Part shown: piece by piece, positions 35,679 to 45,409 of the stretch
Layout: each line of letters begins with the position of its first letter
How positions within the stretch are numbered: position 1 is the first letter of the stretch
Sequence record: PZ445448.1
Source of the DNA: a phage
Reading direction: 5' to 3' (one strand)
DNA: 64,000 bases
Made by a program: the position numbers and the translations under genes
Notes under the pieces: generated by a model
Databases searched by the model: none
What the model was told of the DNA's origin: nothing
Seen by the model: only the letters and a program-made list of their open reading frames with translations

Positions 35679-35971
35679 TCTCCCTCTACCGTGGTCGGAT
35701 TGTCAGTAAGAAATTGAGCATTGGCTGGAGGCACGCCTGACATTTTCCACACAACCATAAGTTTGTAACCAGGAACTCTATTAAGTGCAGATCGAGTAGA
35801 GTTTGTGCACGTATACTTTCGCTTTCCAAACCCGTTCTCCATCATAATCCAGTACCCAGTATCTTTGTCACCAGGTATCGGTAGACCACCTTCATCAACC
35901 CACTGAATGGACCACGGCACGATGGCTACAGCTTTATATTTAAACTTTTTAAACCACTCAAAAAGTTTCAT
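35675..35971 (-). CDS. hypothetical protein
   Basis: 98-aa ORF. Confidence 0.45.
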   Translation of the reverse strand: MKLFEWFKKFKYKAVAIVPWSIQWVDEGGLPIPGDKDTGYWIMMENGFGKRKYTCTNSTRSALNRVPGYKLMVVWKMSGVPPANAQFLTDNPTTVEGD

Positions 35972-36066
35972 AATTCAGCCTCGCATAGACATAATCACTA
36001 TAAACAGGCAAACAATGAATCCGAATGCCACGCCACCCATAAACGTTAATATTGATGCAATCATAG

Positions 36067-36252
36067 TCAATCAGCCTCGCTTGGCAACTCTTCTACCTTA
36101 ACATGCCGAAAAGTGTTACCGTAATGGTTGATCCATGACATCAGCTCGCTTTCTTGCTCTTCCTCTGGGATGAACTCTCGAATGCTGACAAGTTTTAAGA
36201 AAACCCAATCACAATCTGCACCCATTCTACCAGACAGGCAATAGTGCTTCAT
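36067..36252 (-). CDS. hypothetical protein
   Basis: Start moved to ATG after ggtggggg SD to avoid overlap with 36269..36463. Confidence 0.35.
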   Translation of the reverse strand: MKHYCLSGRMGADCDWVFLKLVSIREFIPEEEQESELMSWINHYGNTFRHVKVEELPSEAD

Positions 36253-36268
36253 AAAACCCCCACCTGGT

Positions 36269-36463
36269 TTAGAATATTGCTTCTTCCATTGCACCTGAGA
36301 GCAACAAAGAGGTGATCTGGCTAACATTCATCTCAGACTCTACTTCCTCCCCTTTGAAAGGTTCGCGGCAGAATAGGACTGTTTCAGGACTTTTACTTCG
36401 AACAATATAATACAAATCATTCAATGTGTTGTAGTAATAAGTGTTAAAACGTAAGTTTTTCAT
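36269..36463 (-). CDS. hypothetical protein
   Basis: 64-aa ORF. Confidence 0.4.
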   Translation of the reverse strand: MKNLRFNTYYYNTLNDLYYIVRSKSPETVLFCREPFKGEEVESEMNVSQITSLLLSGAMEEAIF

Positions 36464-36747
36464 TTTCTAGTCCCCTTCTTAGATTTTTGTGTAGAAACGC
36501 TTTCTGCAATACGAGACAAACGTTCTTCTGAAGCCTTGCCTATTCCAGGTTTTTTGAGTGGGTTATCTTTATGACCACAATCCAATTGGATATTGGATAC
36601 CTCTCCAACCTTGTAAGTCAATTCTAGCAAAAGGTTGTCGTCCTTGTCAAATGTTCTTACGATAAATTTTTTATCGTTCTCCTGAACTTCGTATCGGGTA
36701 CCCGCAGTATACAGCATGGTGCCATCCGCATAGGATATCCAGATCAT
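36460..36747 (-). CDS. hypothetical protein
   Basis: 95-aa ORF. Confidence 0.45.
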   Translation of the reverse strand: MIWISYADGTMLYTAGTRYEVQENDKKFIVRTFDKDDNLLLELTYKVGEVSNIQLDCGHKDNPLKKPGIGKASEERLSRIAESVSTQKSKKGTRK

Positions 36748-37091
36748 TGAACCTCCTTCTGCTGCAACAGCATTAACTCTTTGTTGGAGATTTTTACTGC
36801 TGTTTTTATTGTTCCATCTTCACGAAACCACGACCAGAACTCTACAGTGTCCCCACTGTCAAGCAAAGCATACCCGTGGTAGAAGTCTTTGTCCTTAGAC
36901 AGTTTCTCATCTATGTCTGCATCGACACATTCGTGATCCATAGCATTTTGCCTGAATGCATCGGTTATACCAATGCACGCCTTGCTCTCAAGACTGGTAT
37001 ATCCGATATCTTTTAATTCAGTTTCCCAAGTCCAGTACCCTATAAAAGCTAAAACAGCTACCCACATTAATAACGTTTTAATCTTTGGCAT
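36744..37091 (-). CDS. membrane-anchored protein
   Basis: N-terminal TM LLMWVAVLAFIGYWTW. Confidence 0.45.
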   Translation of the reverse strand: MPKIKTLLMWVAVLAFIGYWTWETELKDIGYTSLESKACIGITDAFRQNAMDHECVDADIDEKLSKDKDFYHGYALLDSGDTVEFWSWFREDGTIKTAVKISNKELMLLQQKEVQ

Positions 37092-37153
37092 TCTCTCTAC
37101 CTCTTTCTTAGTTTATTTCACTATGGCACATCCTTTGTGCCATATCTCAACCA

Positions 37154-37615
37154 CTACTTAAATAGTAGTCCAAAATAGTGCAAAATTAACAGAAGTTGAA
37201 CTACACCTAGTGCAACGGCGAGTATGTTAATCTTAGAATCGAAAAACTTCTTAACTTTTACTCTAAAAGGTTCCTTAATGTCCTTTACGATCCTATTTAT
37301 AGATGATTTCATATCCCTGATTACCATCCTAAACATTAGAGACGGATCTTCCTTCTCTGTAATAGAATCGAAAACATACTCTCTTCGGTCATAAGGACCT
37401 CCAGATCTGCGTATTAACCTCTCCACAGAGACCTCGTACGACACACCTGTAACGTAATCATCTATGATAAGTAGTGACGGGTCTTTATCGTCCAAGGGTA
37501 TTAAAGTTATCTTTCCAGATTTTGTTAAAATTTCCCCTTTTTCAAGCAAGGTGTACCAATGCTCTCTGCCAAGACTGTTGAGGCACGTTTTTACATATTT
37601 AACAAACATCGTCAC
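37154..37615 (-). CDS. tail-anchored membrane protein
   Basis: C-terminal TM ILAVALGVVQLLLILHYFGLLF. Confidence 0.45.
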   Translation of the reverse strand: MTMFVKYVKTCLNSLGREHWYTLLEKGEILTKSGKITLIPLDDKDPSLLIIDDYVTGVSYEVSVERLIRRSGGPYDRREYVFDSITEKEDPSLMFRMVIRDMKSSINRIVKDIKEPFRVKVKKFFDSKINILAVALGVVQLLLILHYFGLLFK

Positions 37616-37797
37616 CCCTCATCGCACGTCTGATATAACCACTCTATAAAATCTTGATACCATTCGCCCTCTGAGCGCTCCGTAGGCCAATAATCTTCAC
37701 CCTCTCGTGCATTAAAATCTGAGTATTCAACTTTCCACTCCTTTACCAGCTCGTGGAGAAGGTTTTCAGCCTGCTCTAAAGATTTATTTTTTACCAT
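37612..37797 (-). CDS. hypothetical acidic protein
   Basis: Start at ATG (MVKNKS) after aaaaaggagacagca SD; track ORF uses upstream TTG. Confidence 0.4.
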   Translation of the reverse strand: MVKNKSLEQAENLLHELVKEWKVEYSDFNAREGEDYWPTERSEGEWYQDFIEWLYQTCDEG

Positions 37798-37891
37798 TGC
37801 TGTCTCCTTTTTCAAGATAGTTATACATCAGAACTGCACCACCTAAGATGGCTACCAGTAACAATACCCCAGATAGCATCTCAATAAACAT
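37784..37891 (-). CDS. small hydrophobic peptide (35 aa)
   Basis: MFIEMLSGVLLLVAILGGAVLMY; below track cutoff; overlaps neighbours. Confidence 0.25.
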   Translation of the reverse strand: MFIEMLSGVLLLVAILGGAVLMYNYLEKGDSNGKK

Positions 37892-38016
37892 GGCTTGAAA
37901 CACTGGAAGGCCTCCCTAAATTAACGCACCATTTTAAATACATGCTCTTTTCCCATAAAGGTGCCTGGCTAAGATCTGCGTAGAACGCAATCTCTTTAAG
38001 AACAGTATAAACAGTT

Positions 38017-38253
38017 TTAGGTGCGGTCTCCATCCCTACCCTCCTTTTTCTCCTTACGGATATTCTTGTAGTAATCAACCAAGCACATTATCACGATGAA
38101 GATAACAACAGGCCAAAAAGGTGCAGCAGTGATGATGGTGATAAAATCATCAAACTTCACCCTTCGTCTGGACACGATGCATACACCTGTCAAGAATACC
38201 GCTGTTATAACGGACATTACCAGGTAACCTATTAGCACAACATTTATACTCAT
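38017..38253 (-). CDS. two-TM membrane protein (holin-like topology)
   Basis: Two hydrophobic segments then charged tail KNIRKEKKEGRDGDRT; not adjacent to the endolysin. Confidence 0.4.
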   Translation of the reverse strand: MSINVVLIGYLVMSVITAVFLTGVCIVSRRRVKFDDFITIITAAPFWPVVIFIVIMCLVDYYKNIRKEKKEGRDGDRT

Positions 38254-38283
38254 TGGTCCTCCCTTTGTAGGTTAAATTGTATA

Positions 38284-38817
38284 CTACAAATGGTCGCTGA
38301 GGGTGTCAAGAAAATTATCCCGTTCTTTCTCAGAGTTTTCATGTGTGTAGCTGAAAAACATATCGAGAATAACCTTATTGATATATTCCAGCTCCTCTGT
38401 GTTCAGATGCTTAGCAGGATCTACAATGACATCCCAAATATCATACAGACCGCACTCATGATACCCATAACGCCACTCAATTGTCAAGCTGAGCGGCAAA
38501 TCTTTACCTTCACAAACAACCTTCCATCTACATATGTTGGTATCTGGTCGTACCTGTGCACGGTACACCTGCACAAAATCCAATTTGAATTTGAGGTACT
38601 CGTCATACAATTTAAGCACAAAGCTCTCGATTTGTGGAGACACTTTTGCAGCAAACTGTGCGTATTTGTACTTGCACTGGATGATCTTTCTGCGTTTTGC
38701 AGTTAAATTTTTTGCCGCCAGTTGTTCTTCAGTGTATCTCCACCTACGATCAACAAACGCAACAGGGTCTTTGTCCCCATAGAGGTCTTCCCAGTTAATC
38801 AGAAGCATACCTGTCAC
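38284..38817 (-). CDS. hypothetical protein
   Basis: 177-aa ORF. Confidence 0.5.
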   Translation of the reverse strand: MTGMLLINWEDLYGDKDPVAFVDRRWRYTEEQLAAKNLTAKRRKIIQCKYKYAQFAAKVSPQIESFVLKLYDEYLKFKLDFVQVYRAQVRPDTNICRWKVVCEGKDLPLSLTIEWRYGYHECGLYDIWDVIVDPAKHLNTEELEYINKVILDMFFSYTHENSEKERDNFLDTLSDHL

Positions 38818-39047
38818 TCCTCCACAACTTCAAGGCCTTTACCGCCTCGCTCTGGCAGATTACTTAAAGATAGGTAATACATATAATCAGGAGAGATCCT
38901 GCCAGACTCTGCACCTGCAGCTAGTAAATCCTTCCCTTTAACCAGGACAACATTCTCGTTTGCAGATAGCCGTTTTGCTTCCACAATTTTACCAACACAG
39001 TCAACCAAGGAAGGGTACCCTAAATCTGTAAGAAATTTAACTTTCAT
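38814..39047 (-). CDS. small acidic protein, paralog family
   Basis: MKVKFLTDLGY...DLLAAGAES...LEVVEE. Confidence 0.5.
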   Translation of the reverse strand: MKVKFLTDLGYPSLVDCVGKIVEAKRLSANENVVLVKGKDLLAAGAESGRISPDYMYYLSLSNLPERGGKGLEVVEE

Positions 39048-39084
39048 GCTACCTCCTACCTACCGTCCCTGGTAAGATAAATTA

Positions 39085-39483
39085 TTACTGAACAGAGCGC
39101 GGTGCTGGGAAGGATAACTCTTCTAAAGAGAAGATTTCATTTCCTACCACCCAAGTTGCTGGGTCATCTGGATCAACAGGTTGGATAATCATTACCTCAT
39201 CCGCCTCGCACACACGTTTCCCACCCATAGTAGCGTCAGCCACTAACATACGCGGCTCTTCAGAAATGCACAGGTAGCCACCTCGGCCCACTGTTCCTTC
39301 CACGGGATCCTGCCCTTTGACCACAATGAATACCTTCTCTCCTGTGGAGATATTACTTTTCACACTAACAGTTTGACCAACTTTAGATGTACCGATCTTG
39401 GTGGCTTCAAACATTAAATCCCGAATTACTGTTGCATAGTTGCCGGACACTTTCTTACCTTCTTTAGTAATCTCAATCTTCAT
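39085..39483 (-). CDS. hypothetical protein
   Basis: 132 aa; MKIEIT start. Confidence 0.5.
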   Translation of the reverse strand: MKIEITKEGKKVSGNYATVIRDLMFEATKIGTSKVGQTVSVKSNISTGEKVFIVVKGQDPVEGTVGRGGYLCISEEPRMLVADATMGGKRVCEADEVMIIQPVDPDDPATWVVGNEIFSLEELSFPAPRSVQ

Positions 39484-39755
39484 AATCTAGGCTCCTTAAA
39501 TGAATCTATGTAATCAATTAAATCCCAAGCATCGCGATGGGCTGTCAGAGGGTATACTTCTCCGAGAGGGATCATAGCAATAAGTCTATCAAAAACCCAG
39601 TCTGGACGCAACATTTTATGGTGATATTCCCACTCACCTTCCACAGATTTTTTCTGAGTGATCAGGATCTCTGTGTAGTGTTTCGCCTGTCTTGAGTAGA
39701 TTGAAAATGACTTGTACATAAATGACCCCCTCTTGTTGAAAACAACAATACACAA
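39480..39755 (-). CDS. hypothetical protein
   Basis: 91-aa ORF. Confidence 0.45.
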   Translation of the reverse strand: MCIVVFNKRGSFMYKSFSIYSRQAKHYTEILITQKKSVEGEWEYHHKMLRPDWVFDRLIAMIPLGEVYPLTAHRDAWDLIDYIDSFKEPRL

Positions 39756-40040
39756 CTACCAGGTTACTGTCAAGTAGGCAACCGTATTATTTTTCTCTGG
39801 GGAGATGCCAACAACATCTACCTGCAGACCTCCTGCTCTTAAATCTCCAACAATGTGCGGGAAGTAATCTGAGAGATGCGAGGGTAGATTTATCGAAAAT
39901 CCGCACCCCAGAAAGCCTGCTAACGCTTTATTTTGTATCTCCCCTACAATCGCATCATAAATGGAGTTAAGCTCGTCAGGGAGCGTTACAGGGCGTTTTA
40001 GCGCTAGCTGGTGTAATTTGTCCTTAGCACTCATTTTCAT
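39756..40040 (-). CDS. hypothetical protein
   Basis: Start likely internal Met (MKMSAKDK) just after MTase stop. Confidence 0.4.
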   Translation of the reverse strand: MKMSAKDKLHQLALKRPVTLPDELNSIYDAIVGEIQNKALAGFLGCGFSINLPSHLSDYFPHIVGDLRAGGLQVDVVGISPEKNNTVAYLTVTW

Positions 40041-40570
40041 TTCAGGTCTACCTCTGGGGGTGCCAACCACATAAACGGCGGCAAGTCTAAACGGTTTTTC
40101 TTATCCCACACAAAATATGCATATGCTTGCCCGTCAGTTCTGCCGTTTGATTGAAATGATGGACGCTTAGATATTGTGATCACAGTAGTAGGTGCATTAT
40201 CAAGCCACCATTCAAATCTGGCTTTGCTTTCCAGAAAATTAAGACGCAAAAGCATAATAACTACGTCAGCATCTTTCAACGCCTTGTCTACAAACTCACG
40301 AGCCAGGCTGTATGGTGGGTTGGTGATAATACAGTCAACATGGTTGTATTCTGTATTCAGATAGTCAACACCTTCTTGTATTTCTCCCCATGCAGATCCT
40401 AACGGCATACGGGAGTAGAACACACCTGAGGCACTATTCCTGCAAGGCTCTAAGTAGGTCCAGTCTTCTGGGAACGGAATAAGGTCATACAGCCCTTCTG
40501 CACACCACTCCGGTGTCACATACTCATCGTAGGCGTTACGTTGTTCATCAGGTTTTCTAGCACAAGTCAT
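40037..40570 (-). CDS. DNA N6-adenine methyltransferase (phage Dam-like)
   Basis: Catalytic ITNPPYS motif; 177 aa. Confidence 0.6.
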   Translation of the reverse strand: MTCARKPDEQRNAYDEYVTPEWCAEGLYDLIPFPEDWTYLEPCRNSASGVFYSRMPLGSAWGEIQEGVDYLNTEYNHVDCIITNPPYSLAREFVDKALKDADVVIMLLRLNFLESKARFEWWLDNAPTTVITISKRPSFQSNGRTDGQAYAYFVWDKKNRLDLPPFMWLAPPEVDLK

Positions 40571-40621
40571 GCAAATCTCCAGATCATAAAAGCCCTCCGA
40601 AGAGGGCTTTAGAATTAATGT

Positions 40622-41671
40622 TTAAGCTTCTTCGACAATTCCTGCACCCAGGATTTTTTCATTGAGCTCTTTTGCTGTTTTAATAATATTGTCCACCAGA
40701 CGCTTGCGAGTCTTATCTTTCACCTTAACCTCTTCACCGCCGTTCAGAGTAGTCTTCAATTGAGACAGAATATCCTGAAGTTCAACGACAGAGAATCTCT
40801 GCAGATCTTCTGAAGTAATCTCACTCAGGGCAATTCTGACGGTCTCGCCACTTTCCATCTGCAGATTCAGGAACACAGTGTGAACATCACCTTTCGAACC
40901 ACCCGCTTTTGCAGATTCAACAGCATGAACTAACTCATCTAAAGATGTGCACTGGTGAATCTCCGGAAGACCTGCTTCACCTAACACGCCTTCTTCATCA
41001 CCTTTTGCCAGAAGCTTTTTCGGTTTTTGTCCGTTCTGGATGCGTTGTATGTTGCCTTCATCCAGAATAATAGCTCCAGTGCGTGCTGCCAGCTCTTCTC
41101 CGTCCAACCACACTTCGCCACCAGCTGTGATGGATGCGATCTCATCTTCTGTCAGCACCCCACCGTAGTATTTTTCGATCAGGCGTTCAAAACGTTTTTT
41201 CCAGTAGCTGACCTGAGTATTCATGTTCACACCGTTACCATAAGTGCCACCTTGATAGTAGTGGAACATAAACTCTGTGTCCGGAGCCACAGTACGTTCT
41301 TTACAACCAAGCCATAAGATTGTTCCAGCAGAGCAGCACATCCCTTCAGCATGTGCAACAACGCTTGCCTGAGACTCTCGGAATGCCTGCAGATAAGCCA
41401 TTGCAATGTTCACGCAACCCCCAGGGCTATTGATGATCACCCGAATGCTTTCTTCCGGCTGAGCCATACGGATCGTCTGCAGACGAGACATATGATCTTG
41501 TAAGTCTTCCAAATCGTCGATATAAAGAACGTGGTCAACAACAGGTGTTGGGTAGCTGTATGTTTCCATGATACCGCCCGGCATACCAAACATTTTATTA
41601 CTCATAGGTTCGAAACCGTTCTGTTTTTCTTTCATGCCGTGTACCATGGTTCTGCGAGGTGTTAAATTCAT
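40622..41671 (-). CDS. ClpP/S14-family serine protease
   Basis: VIINSPGGCV...CCSAGT...MFH core matching ClpP INSPGG/Ser/His arrangement. Confidence 0.65.
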   Translation of the reverse strand: MNLTPRRTMVHGMKEKQNGFEPMSNKMFGMPGGIMETYSYPTPVVDHVLYIDDLEDLQDHMSRLQTIRMAQPEESIRVIINSPGGCVNIAMAYLQAFRESQASVVAHAEGMCCSAGTILWLGCKERTVAPDTEFMFHYYQGGTYGNGVNMNTQVSYWKKRFERLIEKYYGGVLTEDEIASITAGGEVWLDGEELAARTGAIILDEGNIQRIQNGQKPKKLLAKGDEEGVLGEAGLPEIHQCTSLDELVHAVESAKAGGSKGDVHTVFLNLQMESGETVRIALSEITSEDLQRFSVVELQDILSQLKTTLNGGEEVKVKDKTRKRLVDNIIKTAKELNEKILGAGIVEEA

Positions 41672-41731
41672 GAGAAATCCTTAATATTGGAAGTTGAAAG
41701 CTATTTATTTAAACCTGATTCACATTTACCT

Positions 41732-42043
41732 TTATTTAGCAATCACTATGGAATACTTACGATTGTCAGAAGCATCACAACTCAATGATTGCCAGTCTAC
41801 CACATACCACGTATCATTGTCAACAATTACTTTATCGCCTGTTCTGTAGCAGGTACTGCTTTCAATAATCCGAGACTCGATAAAGAATCTGTGTCGGCGC
41901 TCACGTAGCAACGCTAAGTTGATTATATTACCACCACTGTCCTTGATCCACACATTCTTGGATCCTTTATTTGCCAAAATTGTCTCGCCGTTGTAGACAA
42001 ACAGGCAGTATATTTTATTCAGTTTCTCTTGTATTGTAGCCAT
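41732..42043 (-). CDS. hypothetical protein
   Basis: 103 aa; minus promoter TTGACA-17-TATTAT at ~42072-42100. Confidence 0.45.
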   Translation of the reverse strand: MATIQEKLNKIYCLFVYNGETILANKGSKNVWIKDSGGNIINLALLRERRHRFFIESRIIESSTCYRTGDKVIVDNDTWYVVDWQSLSCDASDNRKYSIVIAK

Positions 42044-42144
42044 ACTGTCCTTCTCTCTGTTTTGTCCGATAATAATATCTAAAGCTTACCTATTTGTCAA
42101 CAACTGTTTTAGATATTTAAGGGTGGAATAACCACCCTTCTGTA

Positions 42145-42933
42145 TTACTCGGAAACAGGGGTCCAAATATGATTTGCACGATCCTCAATAAGATTGAGTG
42201 CGATCTGACGACCCAACCCGGAACGAACGACATCGTCTGGACTATCAAAGCTGATCATTCCAACCTCAGGATCTGGATGACGAGTAAAGAAATCCGTCAC
42301 CCATGCAAGGCCAGATTTACCAGGGATGTCACGTTGGCTATTATCACCCATAATTACAAGGGTGGCCTGATCAGAGATCCTTGTGATAATTGACAACATT
42401 TCTTCAGGGTTAGTTTGCTGTGCCTCGTCAATCAGGACAAAGCATCGCTCATCGAAACTACGACCACGAATGCTTTCAACTTCACAAATCTCGATACGAC
42501 TGTTCTGACCGTCTCCCAGCATTGCGGCAAAAGCACCTTTGCCAACACGACGACAAATCGTGTCCATCATGCTTCGAAGATAGGGCCACAGTTTCTGCAT
42601 TGCATTTCCGGGTTTAAATCCTGAAGTCTTTCCTGTCTGGACGTAAGGACGTGCAACAATGATCTTATCAATCTCGTTCTTACGCAGAAGATCACCTGCA
42701 TATGCAGATGCCATAAATGTCTTACCGGATCCAAACACACCGTTTACAATAATAATCTTACGTGACCCTAGATAATCAAGATACTTTTGCTGCTTCTTAT
42801 TCATTGGTCGGAGAGCTGGAGCGGTGTGCTCTCTTTCGTCAGCAAATTTCTCAGCAGCCTTACGCAGGCGATCAGATTTGCGAGCCTCTCTAGCTTCATC
42901 ACGCATGCGTTTTGTTTCTTTAGCTCGACCCAT
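42145..42933 (-). CDS. phoH: PhoH-like ATPase
   Basis: P-loop GVFGSGKTFMA; VLIDEAQQ; MGDNSQRDIPG. Confidence 0.8.
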   Translation of the reverse strand: MGRAKETKRMRDEAREARKSDRLRKAAEKFADEREHTAPALRPMNKKQQKYLDYLGSRKIIIVNGVFGSGKTFMASAYAGDLLRKNEIDKIIVARPYVQTGKTSGFKPGNAMQKLWPYLRSMMDTICRRVGKGAFAAMLGDGQNSRIEICEVESIRGRSFDERCFVLIDEAQQTNPEEMLSIITRISDQATLVIMGDNSQRDIPGKSGLAWVTDFFTRHPDPEVGMISFDSPDDVVRSGLGRQIALNLIEDRANHIWTPVSE

Positions 42934-42971
42934 GTTGGGACTCCTTTCAGATTGAGATGTGCCAAGTACTT

Positions 42972-43322
42972 TTACTGCAACAGTTTTTCAATAGCCGCTT
43001 CCATGCTGCTTGCAACAGCCTGAACTCGGATATTCATCTCTTCTTGGTGGATCAGCTCCTTAAGCTCTTTAATGGTAAATTCTTTAGAGAAACCTTCCAC
43101 CATAATCTTGTGCAAAGATTCTTGCGTGTCTACTTGCAAGAACTTTTCCAGTTTGTTGGCAGAGGCTTCTAAATCAGCCCGAATACGAGGGTCATCTGTG
43201 CGATTCAGCATTAGGCGTAAGCCATCAAGATTAGTAGAAATAGCATCTGCATGTTGAGTAACTAACCGTGGCAAAATGATGTCTACAAACTTATTAGCCA
43301 AATCGATACGTTCTTGTGTCAC
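42972..43322 (-). CDS. hypothetical protein
   Basis: 116-aa helical ORF (GTG start in track). Confidence 0.45.
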   Translation of the reverse strand: MTQERIDLANKFVDIILPRLVTQHADAISTNLDGLRLMLNRTDDPRIRADLEASANKLEKFLQVDTQESLHKIMVEGFSKEFTIKELKELIHQEEMNIRVQAVASSMEAAIEKLLQ

Positions 43323-43432
43323 TGTTGCACCCCCTCTTCATCTTCATGATGTTTCTTTTCACGCTTGTGTTTTTTCTTAAGCTCAAGCGCAATCTCTTTC
43401 TTGTACGCCTTCTTCAAGGCTTTTTTAGCCAT
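43319..43432 (-). CDS. small lysine-rich protein (37 aa)
   Basis: MAKKALKKAYKKEIALELKKKHKREKK...; SD gaggagg; promoter TTGACA..GTATAAT ~43453-43482. Confidence 0.3.
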   Translation of the reverse strand: MAKKALKKAYKKEIALELKKKHKREKKHHEDEEGVQQ

Positions 43433-43496
43433 TTGGCACCTCCTCTGCTTTCATTTTACGATAATTATACCTATCTAAACAAAGCTTTGTCAACAA

Positions 43497-43970
43497 CTAG
43501 TCTACCTGAACCCAACCGCCTGATACTTTTTTAAACATTCTTTGGTTATCACTGCCTCGGAACGGTTTCTTGGTTGGTAAATCTTTTACATACTTACCGT
43601 CAATGATGATATCAGCCAGTTTAAGAACATCACTAGAGATATGGTCAAATGTGAACCCAGTATATACAAGAATAGTTTTCTTGTCACCAAATTTTTCCTT
43701 AATTTTCTCCATCAGGCTAATAATATCTGGCTCATTATAGTATGCTAAGGGTTCTCCACCCAGCAGAGAGATACCGCACACAGACGGGTTATCTAAATCT
43801 GACAAGATTTTTTGCAAGTCTTCTTCAGTGAACTCCCTCCCCTTATCTTTTGACCAAAATGCCTGATTAAAGCAACCAGGGCAAGCGTGTGGGCACCCAG
43901 ATACCCACAAGGCAGTTCTAATACCTGGCCCTTCGGTGTAAGATATTTCTGTGTATCCGACAATGTTCAT
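43497..43970 (-). CDS. nrdG: anaerobic ribonucleotide reductase activating protein
   Basis: GPGIRTALWVSGCPHACPGCFN radical-SAM cluster motif as in T4 NrdG; 157 aa. Confidence 0.85.
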   Translation of the reverse strand: MNIVGYTEISYTEGPGIRTALWVSGCPHACPGCFNQAFWSKDKGREFTEEDLQKILSDLDNPSVCGISLLGGEPLAYYNEPDIISLMEKIKEKFGDKKTILVYTGFTFDHISSDVLKLADIIIDGKYVKDLPTKKPFRGSDNQRMFKKVSGGWVQVD

Positions 43971-44083
43971 AGATACTCCGCATCACATTTAGGGCAATGC
44001 CAAATAAAATCGTCTAGTGCCTTGCACCAACGAAGATTGCAACTACATCCGCACTTGCAAATTTTATAAATACCTGATGACAT
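43967..44083 (-). CDS. small Cys-rich zinc-ribbon peptide (38 aa)
   Basis: MSSGIYKICKCGCSCNLRWCKALDDFIWHCPKCDAEYL; stop overlaps nrdG start. Confidence 0.3.
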   Translation of the reverse strand: MSSGIYKICKCGCSCNLRWCKALDDFIWHCPKCDAEYL

Positions 44084-44146
44084 ACTGCACCTCCTAGCTC
44101 ACTGTGTGTCAATAATATGCCACATCCTTGTGGCTTTTGTCAAGAA

Positions 44147-45409
44147 TCAGCAACCACAACTTCCGTAGTGCTTAACTCGCTCGATAACTTCCGCTTGCTT
44201 ACCTTTATTGTAAGGACGGGAGTTAGGACTGGAAAGATATCCAGACACTCTTCGGATCACTGAGATATATTGTTCATCGTGGCATCCGCACGCAGGGCAG
44301 CAGAACCCTTTAGCTGTTGCACTGAACTCACCAGAGAAACCACACTTGAGACATTTATCCACAGGTTGGTTAATACCAAAATACATAATGTGTTTATACC
44401 CGAAGTCAACAAGAGCCTCTAAAGCATCCAAGTTGTTTTTCAGGTTAGGTGTCTCTACGTATCCGATGTTGCCACCAGAGGAGATCATAGCAAAACCTTC
44501 CTCATACTCCCACTTATCAAAAGGAGAGCTATTTATCCATACTGGCTGATGGAAACTGTTGGTGAGATATTCATGCTCGTGCTTCAACACTTCCGGATAT
44601 TCACGATCCAGACAGGTTGCAGCTTTATAGCATAGACTCTCAGAAGGAGTGCCGTACAAGCTAAACGCTAGTCTACTTTCCTTCTTGTATCGCTCACAAG
44701 CATCTCTCATGTGCTGAAGGATTCCAAGAGCTAAAGCCTTGTCACCCTCTCTACCCAAAATCTGACAGGTTTCATACACACCAATATACCCAATACTGAT
44801 GGAAGCGTACCCGTCATAGAAGAGTTTATCAATACTCTCTTCAGGATCCAGGCGAGCAAGAGCTCCTTCACACCACATGATTGGGTTCTGCCCTGCCTTT
44901 GTTCCTTTTAGACGGTTAACCCTTACAAGGTGAGCCTCGTATGCAAGATCCAAGTATTCGTCAAGAACTGCAAAGAAATCAACACCTTCCGTCTTAGCTT
45001 TTGCCGCAATCATTGGTAGGTTAAGGCTAACAACGCCTAAGTTAAATCTGCCAAGATATTTCTCCTCGCCTGTTTCCAAGTCACTGTATTTGCTAAGAAA
45101 ACTCCGGCAACCCATGCTCGTTACTTTGCCATCTGTCGAGCCTGTCACTTTTCTATTTAGTGGTACAGATACGAAGTCAGGGTAGATACGTTCTGCACAG
45201 CATTCCAGAGCTAATCGTTTCAAATCATAGTTAGGATCCTCAGGGTTCATGTTGACACCCTCTTCTAGGAAGAACAGCACTTTAGGGAACACAGGTGTGA
45301 TCCGTTCTTCACCAAGACCCATTTTGTGGACTTTCAAGTAATTTTTGGTAATCATTCTACCAAAGACCGAGGTATCCAGTCCTAAACTTAATGTGATAAA
45401 AGGGGTTTG
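44147..45409 (-). CDS. nrdD: anaerobic ribonucleoside-triphosphate reductase, exon 2
   Basis: C-terminal CCPACGC zinc site and glycyl-radical RVSGYL; frame open upstream of track Met to Q codon at 45409. Confidence 0.8.
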   Translation of the reverse strand, partial: QTPFITLSLGLDTSVFGRMITKNYLKVHKMGLGEERITPVFPKVLFFLEEGVNMNPEDPNYDLKRLALECCAERIYPDFVSVPLNRKVTGSTDGKVTSMGCRSFLSKYSDLETGEEKYLGRFNLGVVSLNLPMIAAKAKTEGVDFFAVLDEYLDLAYEAHLVRVNRLKGTKAGQNPIMWCEGALARLDPEESIDKLFYDGYASISIGYIGVYETCQILGREGDKALALGILQHMRDACERYKKESRLAFSLYGTPSESLCYKAATCLDREYPEVLKHEHEYLTNSFHQPVWINSSPFDKWEYEEGFAMISSGGNIGYVETPNLKNNLDALEALVDFGYKHIMYFGINQPVDKCLKCGFSGEFSATAKGFCCPACGCHDEQYISVIRRVSGYLSSPNSRPYNKGKQAEVIERVKHYGSCGC

